64,000 nt of DNA from Octopus sinensis (Eukaryota), in the NCBI RefSeq assembly GCF_006345805.1, contig NC_043001.1, positions 16,926,001-16,990,000 on the forward strand. Reading direction: 5' to 3'. The position numbers and the translations under genes were made by a program. Shown piece by piece: positions 13,271-25,719 of this stretch (its first letter is position 1; each line of letters opens with the position of its first letter). Under the pieces are notes generated by a model. The model was given only the letters and a program-made list of their open reading frames with translations. It was not told the DNA's origin and did no database searches.

Positions 13271-13516
13271 TAGTCGTTGGCAAGTTGCTAATCAGAGAGT
13301 TAGCATTGGTTTCACGTCTTTTATTGTTCTTAGCAATATAGGCGACTCATGTCTATGTGTGGTGTGTGTGTGTGTGTAAGGCGAAATGGCAGAATTATTA
13401 ATGAATCGGGTAGATTAGGTCTTGATGTATGGCGGGGTGAAAGAAATCTTTCTTTGGATGTCTTCTAAACTACCTCATTTCGTAAAATGTTTAATTGGAA
13501 GTAATATATTTACCTG

Positions 13517-13777
13517 GGGAGGCGCGTGGCTTAGTGGTTAGGGTGTCAGCATCATGATCGTAAGTTTGTGGTTTCCATTCCTGGACCGGGCGACGTGTTG
13601 TGTTCTTGAGCAGAACACTTCACTTTCACGTTGCTCCAGTCCACTCAGCCGGCAAAAATGAGTAACGATGCGATGGACTGGCGTCACATCAAGCTGGGGA
13701 ACACATATGCCATTGAAACCGGGAAACCGGGCCCATGAGCCTGGCTCGGCTTTAAAAGGGCGCATTTATTTTATTTT
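13517..13777 (+). mobile_element. Group D SINE
   Basis: 12-bp TSD TAATATATTTAC at 13502-13513 and 13778-13789. Confidence 0.9.
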
Positions 13778-14310
13778 TAATATATTTACGAAGGGTTATG
13801 TCATTCTGATGGTTCCAAATAAAGATGAAACAGAGTAATGCACGGCTACCAATGGCTAAAAAATATCTAGGCTCTTTGTAATAATTGAAAAAATAAATGT
13901 ATGTCAAACCTAAACATCTCAACAGTCAGGATTTAAGATTTATCTAGTCGTAATTACCTTCCTTGCGATAGCTGCCGTCTGGACTCCACGTGTTCAACAT
14001 CTGGCTGTGAATTCAAATTTATATCTATACAAACTGATGGCGATAACCCAGGCCCTGTGTATTCGAAGAAATTATCTCTACTAACATATAACTTTGGATA
14101 AACAACGGTAGAATCGCAGCTGAATTATATTATCTTTGCCCAGAATGAATGATAACCAAAAACGGCTTGTGAAAGCTGCTTGTAGTCAAGACTATCATAG
14201 TAACTGCATTTATGAACTTTTTCAAATAATCAATCCATATATAGGAATTTTCACTCATTTTCTTCTCTATTCTCTTCTCTCTCACTTCTTGAACTACGAA
14301 CTATCTATAA

Positions 14311-14875
14311 ACTAGAAAAGCACTCGGAAGGCGCAGACCTCCACCAAGCAGCTTATTTCCACCCATATATATTTCTTTACTACCCACAAGGGGTTAAACA
14401 TAGAGGGAACAAACAAGGACAGACAAACGGATTAAGTCGATTATATCGACCCCAGTGCGAAACTGGTACTTAATTTATTGAATCCGAAAGGATGAAAGGC
14501 AAAGTCGACCTTGGCCGAATTTGAACTCAGAACGTAACGGCAGACGAAATACCTATTTCTTTATTACCCACAAGGGGCTAAACACAGAGAGGTCAAACAA
14601 AGACAGACAAACGGATTAAGTCGATTATATCGACCCCAGTACTCAACTGGTACTTATTTAATCGACCCCGAAATGATGAAAGGCAAAGTCGACCTCGGCG
14701 GAATTTGAACTCAGAACGTAACGTTAGATGAAATACAGCTACGCATTTAGCCCGTCGTGCTAACGTTTCTGCCAGGTCGCCGCCTTTATTTCCACCCATA
14801 TACACGCATTCTGAAAATCGCCAAATTTCCCAAACCAACGCCGGCAAAAACATAACCTTCTTGGCGTGGCTAAAA
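14311..14875 (+). mobile_element. Helentron/HINE-like non-autonomous element interrupted by a group C SINE
   Basis: Starts AACTAGAAAAGCACTCGG...CCTCCACCAAG and ends AAAACATAACCTTCTTGGCG (subterminal inverted motif). A related 3' end lies at 15350-15382. Family assignment is from recall. Confidence 0.45.
14370..14786 (-). mobile_element. Group C SINE dimer (head plus two bodies)
   Basis: 16-bp TSD TATTTCCACCCATATA at 14354-14369 and 14787-14802. Confidence 0.9.
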
Positions 14876-15719
14876 AAAATAACACAGCCACATGATTTAA
14901 AAAAAAAAAACTTTTAAAATCAAGAAACATCTGGAGCGGTTATACTACATCAATGAGAACAGCAATCTGGTTTCACTATACAACTAAAAAGAAACAACAA
15001 TTACCTTAAACTTGAGTGATGCACACACAACGGGTGTAAAATAACTAATAGAGAAACGAGAATAAACTTTGCAAACAGCAACGCCACCATTGAAACGTTA
15101 CATTGAAACGATGAACGTGTTTTCAAGGGAGATAATCAAAGAACGTAACATTGTAATACTTCATGTAAAGTAAATATAACAAATGAAAAATCCTTCAAGA
15201 ATCCATAAACATTCACGGATCACTACCAAAATTTCATCATCCGTTCCTTGTGTCATTACCAACTTTTCCAGCAAGTTTCATCAAATACTGTTCACAACTT
15301 GTTGAGTTATTTTGCACACAGTCGGACAGACGGACAAACTAACGCCGATGAAAACATAACCTCCTTCCTTGGCTGAAGTAAAAAAAAATTAAGACAGGTT
15401 TTTGAAGTATAGAGGGCTGAGATGTTTGAATTTTAAATTTAGCTATAACGAAAAGTATTCACGGAAAATACACACGCATTTTCTTTTTTTAATCATTACA
15501 AAGATCCAATATACGACATTCCAAAGATTCTCCACCTGAGGCTCTTTAAATGAATATAGGGACACACACTTGGTTGTGTGCATCTACAATAGCACAAATG
15601 CAAAAGATAATGATATACACACACACAAACACACACACACATAAACAAACAAACGACTATGCACTAAAGAAATACGTTCACACAGAACATAATTGCAGGT
15701 GCATATAGTTAGGTATATA

Positions 15720-15953
15720 TTTCTTTACTGCCCACAAGGGGCTAAACATAGAGGGGACAAACAAGGACAGACAAAGGGATTAAGTCGATTACATCGACCC
15801 CAGTGCGCAACTGGTACTTTATTTATCGACCCCGAAAGAATGAAAGGCAATGTCGACCTCAGCGGAATTTGAACTCAGAACGTAACGACAGATGAAATAC
15901 CGCTAAGCAGCATTTCTCCCGGCTCGCTAACGTTTCTGCCAGCTCGCCGCCTT
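15720..15953 (-). mobile_element. Single group C SINE
   Basis: Matches the group C consensus. Confidence 0.88.
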
Positions 15954-15988
15954 GCATGTAGTTACTTATATGTACACACTAATCCAAT

Positions 15989-16269
15989 TACATGAGAAGG
16001 GGTTCTGCAAAGTTCCTGGCTTTGGGTAAAAGAAAATACAAAAGGATCAATTAATAATGATTTTAGCCACATAAAATAACACAGCATGGCCGCGGACTTC
16101 GGGCTAAAACATTTTTAAGGATTTAAGGATATTACCCCCTCAGATTCACTCACTCATTGCAGAGGTCCTTCAGTTTTTCTAAGCCTTGTAAAAGAACTCA
16201 AAGGTTAGGCCTCCAGTCAGGCTTTTCGCGACACTCTTAGGGCCAGAAACTTTTCAACAACCCCGCGTA
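15989..16269. mobile_element. Mariner-type MITE with degenerate TIRs
   Basis: Left GGGGTTCTGCAAAGTTCCTGGC versus right GCCAGAAACTTTTCAACAACCCCGCGTA, with TA flanks. Confidence 0.5.
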
Positions 16270-16349
16270 TTTAGAAACCGCGGGAAATAGCTTTGTTACC
16301 GATTGGCTTGAACGCCATCAAGAACATAAGCAACATCCAATGAATACAA

Positions 16350-16388
16350 ACATACATACATACACACATACACTCATACATACATACA

Positions 16389-16422
<34 letters not shown>

Positions 16423-16928
16423 CATACATACATATATACGTATATAGATAGATAGATAGATACATACATACATACATACATACATACATACATACATACA
16501 TACATACATACATGCATGCATGCATACAAACATACAAACATAAATACAAACATACACACATACATACATACAAACATACATACATGCATGCATACAAACA
16601 TACATACATACAAACATACATACATACATACATACAGACAGACATAATACATACATGCATACATATATACACACATACATACATACATACAGACATAATT
16701 CATACATGCATACAGACACACAAACTATACATACATACACACACACATACCATAAATACATACATACATACATACAAACATACATACATACATACATACA
16801 GACAGACATAATACATACATGCATACAGACATAATTCATACATGCATACAGACACACAAACATATACATACATACACACACACATACATACATACATACA
16901 TACATACATACATACATACATACATACA

Positions 16929-16962
<34 letters not shown>

Positions 16963-16985
16963 CATTAGCATATACATACATTTAC
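16350..16985. repeat. (TACA)n compound microsatellite
   Basis: Direct. Confidence 0.95.
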
Positions 16986-17301
16986 GCATATATGGATGGA
17001 TGTATGTGTCCTTAACTTTTCCTCGTTTCAGTCACTGGATTGTAGCCATTCTGGACACTGCTTCGAGCGGATTATTCGAACAACTCGATGTTAGTAATGA
17101 TTGTTTAAGCCTGGTTCCTATTTTATTGAACTTCTTTTGTAGAACCACTCAGTCACGGATACGTAAATAAACCATCACCGGTTGTCAAGCAGTAGTGGGG
17201 AACAAATACAAGCAGACATACACACACACACACACACACACTCACACACTCACACACGCGCATATAAACGCACGCGCTCAATGCATATAGGCAAATATAA
17301 T

Positions 17302-17712
17302 TAGGAGTGGCTGTGTGGTAAGTAGCTTGCTTGCCAACCACATAGTCCCGGGTTCAGTCCCACTGCGTGGCACCTTGGGCAAGTGTCTTCTACTATAGCT
17401 TCGGGCCGACCAAGGCCTTGTGTGTGGATTTGGTAGACAGAAACTGAAAGAAGCCCGTCGTATGTATGTATATATATGTGTGTGTGTGTGCGTGTGTGTG
17501 TGTGTGCGTGTGTCTGTGTTTATCCCCCTAGCATCGCTTGACAACCGATGCTGGTGTGTTTACGTCCCCGTAACTTAGCGGTTCGTCAAACGTGTCCGTT
17601 AGAATAAGTACTAGGCTTACAAAGAATAAGTCCTGGGTGTCGATTTGCTCGACTAAAGGCGGTGCTCCAGTATGGCCACAGTCAAATGACTGAAACAAGT
17701 AGAAGAGTAAAA
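17302..17712 (+). mobile_element. Group B SINE
   Basis: Full head, CORE-like box and tail. Confidence 0.9.
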
Positions 17713-17916
17713 AAGTAATACACACACAACGGAATTCCAAACGCGGTTATGTGACTACCAGATTTAGTCACAAGGCAGTAATCGGCCCGGGACGATAGAA
17801 AGGAGTCACTTGCCCAAGATCCAATGCAGTAGTACTGAATGCGAAACCACGTGATTGTAAACCGAGCTTATGTACAACAGACACACACGCGCACTCACAC
17901 ACACATACCATACAAT

Positions 17917-18330
17917 AGGCGCAGGAGTGGCTGAGTGGTAAGTAGCAGCTTACTAACCACATGGTTCCGGGTTCAGTGCCAGTGCGTGGCATCTTGGGCA
18001 AGTGTCTTCTGCTATAGCCCCGGACCGACCAATGCCTTGTGAGTGGATTTGGTAGACGGAAACTGAAAGAAGCCTGTCGTATATATGTATATATTTATAT
18101 ATGTATGTGTGTGTGTGTGTCCCTAGCATTGCTTGACAACCGATGCTGGTGTGTTTACGCCCCCGTCACTTACCGGTTCGGCAAAAGAGACCGATAGAAT
18201 AAGTACTGGGTTTACAAAGGATAAATCCCGGGGTCGATTTGCTCGACTAAAGGCGGTGCTGCAGCATGGCCGCAGTCATATGACTGAAACAAGTAAAAGA
18301 GTAAAAGAGTAAAGAGTAAAGAGTAAAGAG
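17917..18330 (+). mobile_element. Group B SINE with (AAAGAGT)n tail
   Basis: Full-length match ending in tandem AAAGAGT. Confidence 0.9.
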
Positions 18331-18981
18331 TATACACGCACACACATAAGAGCGGGGTCAAAAGATAGTAATACTTTTTTTGTTATGTACTCACATGTCA
18401 CTCTGAAGTCCTATGATGTAACCGACATCTCTGCATAAATCTTCTGAAATAAAATCAACGAAGCTCTGTCCTTATTCCTGCGCGTACGGAAGTGTTTAAT
18501 TTCAAGAATACTACTTCAGAGGTTTCTTGAAGTAAAGAGAAATGGGACTTTTATTGCTCCACTGGTTATTAGGCACTTCAAAATTTCAACGTTGGGATTC
18601 GGGGAATTTTGCCACGTCGACTTCATGGAAGTACGTACGTGCGTACATCACTAGATATCTGTCTCTTTTCAGCTGTATGTTTGCATGTGTGTATGTGTGT
18701 GTGTTAGTGTGTGTGTATGTGTGTGTGCGCGGGTGCGTGCTTGTTGATATATGTATGTACGTATGTATGTACGTATGTTTATATGTATGTATATGTGTGT
18801 ATTTGTATGTTTGAATGTGTATGCATGTATGCGTTTATATGTATGCATGTGTATGTATATATATGTATGTATTTGTATGCATGTGTATGTATGCATATGT
18901 ATGTAAGTATGTATATAGGGTGCATATATGTTAGGGTGCATCTATGTGTGCATGTATACAGGCATTATATATATATATAGG

Positions 18982-19027
<46 letters not shown>

Positions 19028-19861
19028 TATATTATATATATATAATATATATATATATACATATATATAATTATATATATTAATTTACATTTAACCAACA
19101 GAATCGTGCCCAAGAATATCAGCACCACAGTGACTCCAACAGCAAGAACAACAACCATATCAGACCTGGAGTTAACGAAGGAAACATCAGCGGTAGTAAC
19201 ACATCCAATACACAGACATGAAAATAAGTCGGTTCAACCACGCCCTCATTTCAGCAACGTCTGAACTAAGTCCTGTTATAGGATACCGCAAAAGTGCAAC
19301 ATAACATCCCTGGACAGCCACATATGGCTCTTAAAAGAGGAAGTAACCCCCATAAATGATTAAATGGGGGCTCCTTGAACAACCGGGGACTTATATGAAC
19401 GGGAGCAAATGATGTATGCTTTGCTTGGGAGAGAGGGCAAGAATCCTAAAAAAATAAAATAGCTCGACTCGGGGAACTTTTTTAAAATCCAGGTAAGAAG
19501 TATTCAGTCAATGCCCTCATCAACACCATTTCCTACTACAAACTTGGAATTCCCCATTCGTTGAATAGGATCGACGCAGCTCCGTCGAATATCACCACGG
19601 CCGGAGTTGATGTAAGGAGGATAGCTCCATCCCACCTGCAGCATGGATGTCTATTGTATTTTTTTTGTTTAAAACCAAGTGGTCATTACGTATATATATA
19701 TATATATACATAGTTATACAGATATACATATATATGTATATATGTATACACACACATATGTTTGTATGTGTATGTATGTATACATATATAGGAAATAAAC
19801 AGTCTTGACTGCTATTCTAATTCTTTCGGTATGCGGCAGAGCAATCTGTTGCCTGTCTTTT

Positions 19862-19895
<34 letters not shown>

Positions 19896-20055
19896 TATGT
19901 ATATAAACAATATACATATATTTATATATGTTATACATATATATATAGATATATATAATATATTATATATATATATAGGTATATACATAATAAATATATG
20001 TATATATGTTTATATACATAAGTATATATATATCTATATATATATATATATATAT

Positions 20056-20787
20056 AAGTAAAAGGACAGGCAACAGATTGCTCTGCCGCATACCGAAAGA
20101 ATTAGAAATAGCAGTCAGAGACTGTTTATTTCCATTTTCTACAAGTGGGGGCTCCATATACGACATAACCCTGCAATTCACATACGCAAAATAGGAGGAG
20201 TAAATAAACGAAAACAATGCCTTACCGTTAATGGTGAACATGTTTCTAGATCGTAGGCGAGAAATTGCCTTATGTCTTTCTTCAGCAACATCTTCGTTAG
20301 ATTTATCAAATGCCACCAGCCTCCACTTTTGACCAGGCGTCATCAAATAGTGGGGGGGAAAGTGAGCATAGGGTAAAACTAAGTAGACGATAGAATCCGT
20401 AAATTTTCCCTCCAAAATTCTGCCATGCGCACCACCGGGATAGTCGTTTCAATCGTCTACTTAGTTTTACCCTATGCTCACTTTCCCTCCACTATTTGAT
20501 GACGCCTGGTCAAAAGTGGAGGCTGGTGGCATTTGATAAATCTAACGAAGATGGTGCTGAAGAAAGACATAAGGCAATTTCTCGCCTACGATCTAGAAAC
20601 ATGTTTACCATTAACGGTAAGGCATTCTTTTCGTTTATTTGCTCCTCCTATTTTGCGTATGTGAATTGCAGGGTTATGTCGTATATGGAGCCCCCACTTG
20701 TAGAAAATGGAAATAAACAGTCTCTGACTGCTATTTCTAATTCTTTCGGTATGCGGCAGAGCAACCTGTTGCCTGCCCTTCTACTTA
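20056..20787. mobile_element. Fold-back element: ~335-bp inverted arms and ~62-bp spacer, probably an inverted Penelope-like pLTR pair
   Basis: 20056-20390 is the near-identical reverse complement of 20453-20787. A third partial arm lies at 19790-19862, across a (TA)-rich tract. Each arm has a hammerhead-like fold. Confidence 0.8.
20550..20612 (+). ncRNA. Type I hammerhead ribozyme-like fold (mirror copy at 20230-20292, minus strand)
   Basis: GATGGTG CTGAAGA [32-nt stem II region] GAAAC AT GT T TACCATT. 7-bp stem I; palindromic AAACATGTTT stem III. Confidence 0.6.
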
Positions 20788-21173
20788 TCTCTCTCTATAT
20801 AAACGGCAGTTTGTCTGTGTGTGTTTCTGTATGTCTGTTTGCTTGTACCCTCACTCTGACCACGGCTTTCAACCGATTCTGATGAAACTTGACACACACA
20901 TAGCCCAATGTCATAATTCAAAACTAACGCAGCGAAAATTTTGAAAAGTTCCCCCAGTTCTGAAAAAGATCGATAAATTCGACATGGGGTCGACAATCAG
21001 AAACACAAACCACAGATGGTCTAGGGGACGCAACTCGACCTTTTTAACTATCAAAAAAAAATTTACCATCATTTTTTCCCCCATTTTTTTGCTATATTTT
21101 GGCTATAACTCTCTAAAAATGCTTTATAGTTATTTCCCTTACAAACCCGAGCAACGCCGGGCGATACTGCTAG
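20788..21173 (+). mobile_element. Non-autonomous Helitron
   Basis: A|TC start, CCCGAGCAACGCCGGG hairpin, CTAG|T end, no TSD. Near-identical to 56198-56580. Confidence 0.88.
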
Positions 21174-21336
21174 TATACTATATATACTGAACTCCACAGA
21201 AAGTCCCGACGCTAAAGGTCATATTCACATACCGAAATCTACCGGTAAATAATTGTTGGTTGTCTGAAAAACCACCGAAAAAATTATTTACCCTTATTAT
21301 ATATATATATATATACATTTATAGCTATCTATCTAT

Positions 21337-21374
<38 letters not shown>

Positions 21375-21378
21375 GTAT

Positions 21379-21425
<47 letters not shown>

Positions 21426-21649
21426 ATATATGCATTTCTACATGCAAATATATATACGTCCCTATATGCATATATGCGTGTGAGTGTCTGTATTATACTT
21501 TTGTGCCTGTACACGTGTAAATGTATGTAGATTTGTATGCATAAGTATGTTCCCGTGCGGACAGTATGTATGCATGCTTGTATAATTATTATTATATTAA
21601 TGTCAAAAGAATTTCGTTTGCATTCTCATAGAAAAGTTTAGATACATAC

Positions 21650-21677
21650 ATACGTACTTATGTATATATGTGTGTAT

Positions 21678-21715
<38 letters not shown>

Positions 21716-22326
21716 TTGTGTGTGCGCGCGTGTGTTTACGTACTATGCGGTTGCCTTGTGATAAATGCTTATTTCATAACCGGATATTTGTTATTTTACT
21801 TCTTGAATATGTATTTATGTTCTTATGGTGTATATATATATATGTAGATATGTATGTATATGTATGTATGAATATCTGGATGTTTTTTGCATTTACATAT
21901 ACGTATGTATGTATGTATGTATGTATGTATGTATATATGTATGTATGTACGTACGTATGTATGCATGCATGTATGTATGTATGTATGTATGTATGTATGT
22001 ATGTATGTATGTATGTATGTATGTATGTATGTGTGTGTGTATGTATGTATATATGTATGTATGTATGTACGTATGTATGTATTTATGTATGTATGTATGT
22101 ATGTATATATGTATGTATGTATGTACGTATGTATGATGTATGTATGTATGCATGTATGTATGTATGTATGTATGTATGTATGTATTGTATGTATGTATGT
22201 ATGTATGTATGTATGTATGTATGTATGTAGTATGATGTATGATGTATGTATGGGTATGTATGTATGTATGTATGTATGTGTGTATGTATGTATGTATGTA
22301 TGTATGTTTGTATGTATGTATGTGTG

Positions 22327-22358
<32 letters not shown>

Positions 22359-22632
22359 TGTATGTATGTATGTATGCATGTATGTGTGTGTATATGTATG
22401 TATGCATGTATGTATGTATGTACGTATGTATGCATGCATGTATGTATGTATGTATGTATGTTTGTGTGTGTGAATGTCGGTCTGTTTATGTTTCTGTGGA
22501 ATATGTTTAGAAGTGCTCAACATCAACGTCAAGTTTGCGGTCGAGGTGTGTAGAACGTGGTGGTGGCGAACTGTTATTTGTGGCCAGATCAAGTTGCGTG
22601 GAATTGGGAGTAGGGATTTCTAATGACGTATA

Positions 22633-22721
<89 letters not shown>

Positions 22722-22823
22722 ATGTAGTATGTATATGTATATGTATATATGTATATATATATGTATATATATAATATACATATATATAATACATACATAC
22801 ATATATATATATATTACATATAC

Positions 22824-22872
<49 letters not shown>

Positions 22873-23233
22873 TACATATATATAAACACCAAAATAACGC
22901 GCATTGACATATGTTTGTATGTGTGCGTGAGCGTGAGTGGAAGAGTGGAATTGATATACGTATGTATATATGTATGTATTTATGTATGTATGTTTATATG
23001 TATGTATGTATGTATGCGCATGTGTATTCATGTATGCATGAATGTATATACGTATGTTTGTATGTTTGTATGTGTGTATGTATTATGTGTGTGTATGCAA
23101 TAAATAGTCAACTATAATGGTATTTAGTCCTACATCAGTTTACATCACACGCACACTCACACGTGTGTGTGTGTGTGTGAGCATGTGTGTGTGCATGTGT
23201 GTGTGTGTGTATGTGTGTGTGTGTTTGTGTGTA

Positions 23234-23264
<31 letters not shown>

Positions 23265-23270
23265 ATGTAT
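21650..23270. repeat. Compound (TG)n/(TATG)n/(TA)n microsatellite field
   Basis: Direct; source of many spurious ORFs. Confidence 0.95.
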
Positions 23271-23418
23271 GACTGCGTATACAGATATCATAAAAAGTCA
23301 GCTGTCACCTGCAAACGAGTATGGCTTGGTATCGTGTACCATGCTTTCGCTAATTCTTTTCGGCGCCTGTGTAGTCACAAACAGACCCAGACATCCTTTT
23401 TTACTCTCCCTCCTTTAG

Positions 23419-23464
23419 ACCCAGCGGCCAATACAAGATGTGGCGTCTGGAGGGGAAAAGACAG
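23419..23464 (+). CDS. Candidate 46-nt host micro-exon
   Basis: Strong polypyrimidine tract (CATCCTTTTTTACTCTCCCTCCTTTAG) and CAG|GTACAT donor. Confidence 0.25.
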
Positions 23465-23877
23465 GTACATAATCACTCGACTGGTACTAAACTTCAGATG
23501 AGTTGAGAGACACCACGTGTAATGAAATACCTTGCTCAAGATCACAGCGCACCACTGCGCCGATCAAGTCATAGTGTTGTTGTTACAAGAATTGAGGCCA
23601 CAACATTATGATCGCAAGCCGAGCAAACCAAGCCAGTATGCCATTCGCCTTCATCCCAACCATACACATATATATCTATACACGCACACACATATCTTTA
23701 TGCGTATGCATTTGTGTGTAAGAGAGAGTGTGTATGTATGTGTGTGTCTCAGAATTAAACAGCCGAAATCTGCGATGAGGGATCAGTTTCTGACTGAAGA
23801 ATGAAGGCTTTGAATGACCCGTTTGTCTTTTTGTTCGTCCCTTCGTGTATTTCATGTTATTTATTTATGTAAAGGTT

Positions 23878-23913
<36 letters not shown>

Positions 23914-23991
23914 GTTTAAATATTTGCTCTGTGTGTGTGTGTGTGTGTGGTGTGTGTGTGTGTATACATACATACATTATAAATAAATATA

Positions 23992-24154
23992 CTTTATTAA
24001 AAAACAGCAGAAATATCACAAAAACTGTTACTCAGAGTTTCACGTTCCCTTTCGTCGGACAGTTTTCTTTTCCTAAAGAAATCTGTCCGACAAACGGGAA
24101 CGTGAAACTCTGAGTAACAGATTTTATGATATTTTTTGCTGCTTTTTAATAAAG
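23992..24154. mobile_element. Palindromic Penelope-like pLTR remnant (~70-bp arms)
   Basis: The arms are reverse complements, and each carries a hammerhead-like fold. Confidence 0.7.
24079..24124 (+). ncRNA. Hammerhead ribozyme-like fold (mirror copy at 24021-24066, minus strand)
   Basis: AAATCTGT CCGACAA ACG-GGAA-CGT GAAAC TCTGAGT A ACAGATTT. The mirror copy reads AAAACTGT CCGACGA AAG-GGAA-CGT GAAACTCTGAGT A ACAGTTTT. Both have an 8-bp stem I, with a compensatory T-A/A-T change between them. Confidence 0.7.
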
Positions 24155-24486
24155 CATATTACTCTACCGTATAAAAGTCGACCCTAGTATTTCACGAACA
24201 ACAGGATAACAATTGTGGGTCAAGGTACTGCCTTATCCTGTACGTAGAAATAACACTACACCAAAATTATGCGGCTACCTTTGTAGCCTGCTCTATTTGT
24301 GGAATCCTTGGTGCTTATAATGGAATGCTCGGTGCTTATAGTAAAACATTATTTAATAGCAAACACTACACATCTGTTGATGGGTGCTACATTACCATTA
24401 CCAAAATGTATGCACAGGATATGCTGCAAGCCTGCATACATCTTCAAGGCCGATAAACACATGTGTCATACACTCATTGTTTACAG

Positions 24487-24589
24487 GATGAGAAACATGG
24501 TTCACAGGCAACACTATTGGCGAGGACAGCAAACGCCACTGTCTGAATTCGTAGAAAAGCATGACTTTGGAAAGCCTAAAAATATTTAA
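24487..24589 (+). CDS. Candidate terminal host exon (MRNMVHRQHYWRGQQTPLSEFVEKHDFGKPKNI*)
   Basis: TTGTTTACAG acceptor. The adjacent paralogous copy differs preferentially at third codon positions. Confidence 0.35.
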
Positions 24590-24684
24590 TTAATCGCTAG
24601 ATCAGCGTTTCCCATGCAACCTGTATATTTTTCCTTATCTCCAAATACAATAAACATATGCGTCATACGTTCGTTGGTTTACAT

Positions 24685-25292
24685 GGTGAAAAACGTATTT
24701 CACAGACTGCACTAACGGCGAACAACAGCAAAAGTGGAGGCGCTATGGCCCAGTGGTTAGGGCAGCGGACTCGCGGTCGTAAGAATGCAGTTTCGATTCC
24801 CAGACCGGGCATTGTGAATGTTTATTGACAAAAACACCTAAACTCCACGAGGTTCCGGCGGAGGGAGGAAGGCCGAACCCCGCTGTTCTCTTTCACCACA
24901 ACTTTCTCTCACTCTTTCTTCCTACTTCTGCCACAAAGCAGAGGAACCATGGTGTAACCCACTATGGTGTGGTAAACGTTCAGACCCTAGTCTAGATTGC
25001 GAATCCTCTGTACCCCAGGATGGTTCAGCGCTCCACCCGTTAAAAGCCACCGTTTACGGAATGAGGATAACTACGTAGCTTTTGTGCAACTGCCAGTCTA
25101 TCGCGTGTAGCGGGTGGATCTTCAAGTTACCCACACGCATTCTTAGTAGCTTAGAGTAGGCTCGAACTAGAGATTATTCTTTGTGGCTAATGGCGTGAGT
25201 CTTGATTGGAAGAAGATCAACAACAACAACAGCAAACACCACTATATGAATTCGTACAGAGGTATGACTTTGGTAAGCCTAAAACCATTTAG
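24685..25292 (+). pseudogene. Decayed duplicate of the 24487-24589 candidate exon, split by a SINE
   Basis: Lost acceptor (ACAT), premature TAA, +1 insertion and an A2 SINE insertion. The distal part reads QQTPLYEFVQRYDFGKPKTI*. Confidence 0.4.
24734..25224 (+). mobile_element. Group A2 SINE with (CAA)n tail
   Basis: 12-bp TSD AACAACAGCAAA at 24721-24732 and 25225-25236. Confidence 0.9.
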
Positions 25293-25305
25293 TTAATCGC
25301 TGGAT

Positions 25306-25424
25306 CAGTGGTTCTCAAACTTTTTTCGTCGCGGGATACTTTGACATCATTTTTAAAAACGTGGAACCCCTGATAACTTTCAGGAAAACATGGGGTTTTG
25401 CAGAACAAACTTTGGGAATCCCTG
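25306..25424. mobile_element. Short hAT/Charlie-like MITE
   Basis: Ends are CAGTGGTTCTCAAACTT and ACTTTGGGAATCCCTG. Confidence 0.5.
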
Positions 25425-25719
25425 CTCCAGATTAACAGCTCTACACCATATTATGGACATTTAGTGGTAACTACACATAACACACTGCAACTGTTTTTTT
25501 TTTCTTTCTGTAGGGTAAAAAATATACACAGAACACGACACACTGTTTACTTTATAAGAATTGTGTGACGAACGCATTCCACGAAATGGAAACTGATCGT
25601 GGGCGTGAATACGATAGCACCTAGGCCCAAATGCATTAACGTTATATTATTACAGTATGTTTCATATTGATCTGTTTTTTTTATTACAGCTCTTGTTTCT
25701 TGGAATAATATAATTTGTA

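Noticed and set aside
12186-14100. Additional host exons near 12.33 kb and 13.97 kb
   Set aside because: Acceptor-like AGs exist, but I found no convincing donor in an open frame and no recognisable peptide.
20878-20892. CTGATGAAAC in the Helitrons as a hammerhead core (also at 56289)
   Set aside because: There is no stem II between CTGATGA and a separate GAAA, and no stem I or III.
16271-23501. Numerous MYVC/HTYI/IYIY ORFs, also at 35-40, 52, 59 and 62-63 kb
   Set aside because: They are translations of (TATG)n, (CA)n, (TA)n and (TATC)n microsatellites.
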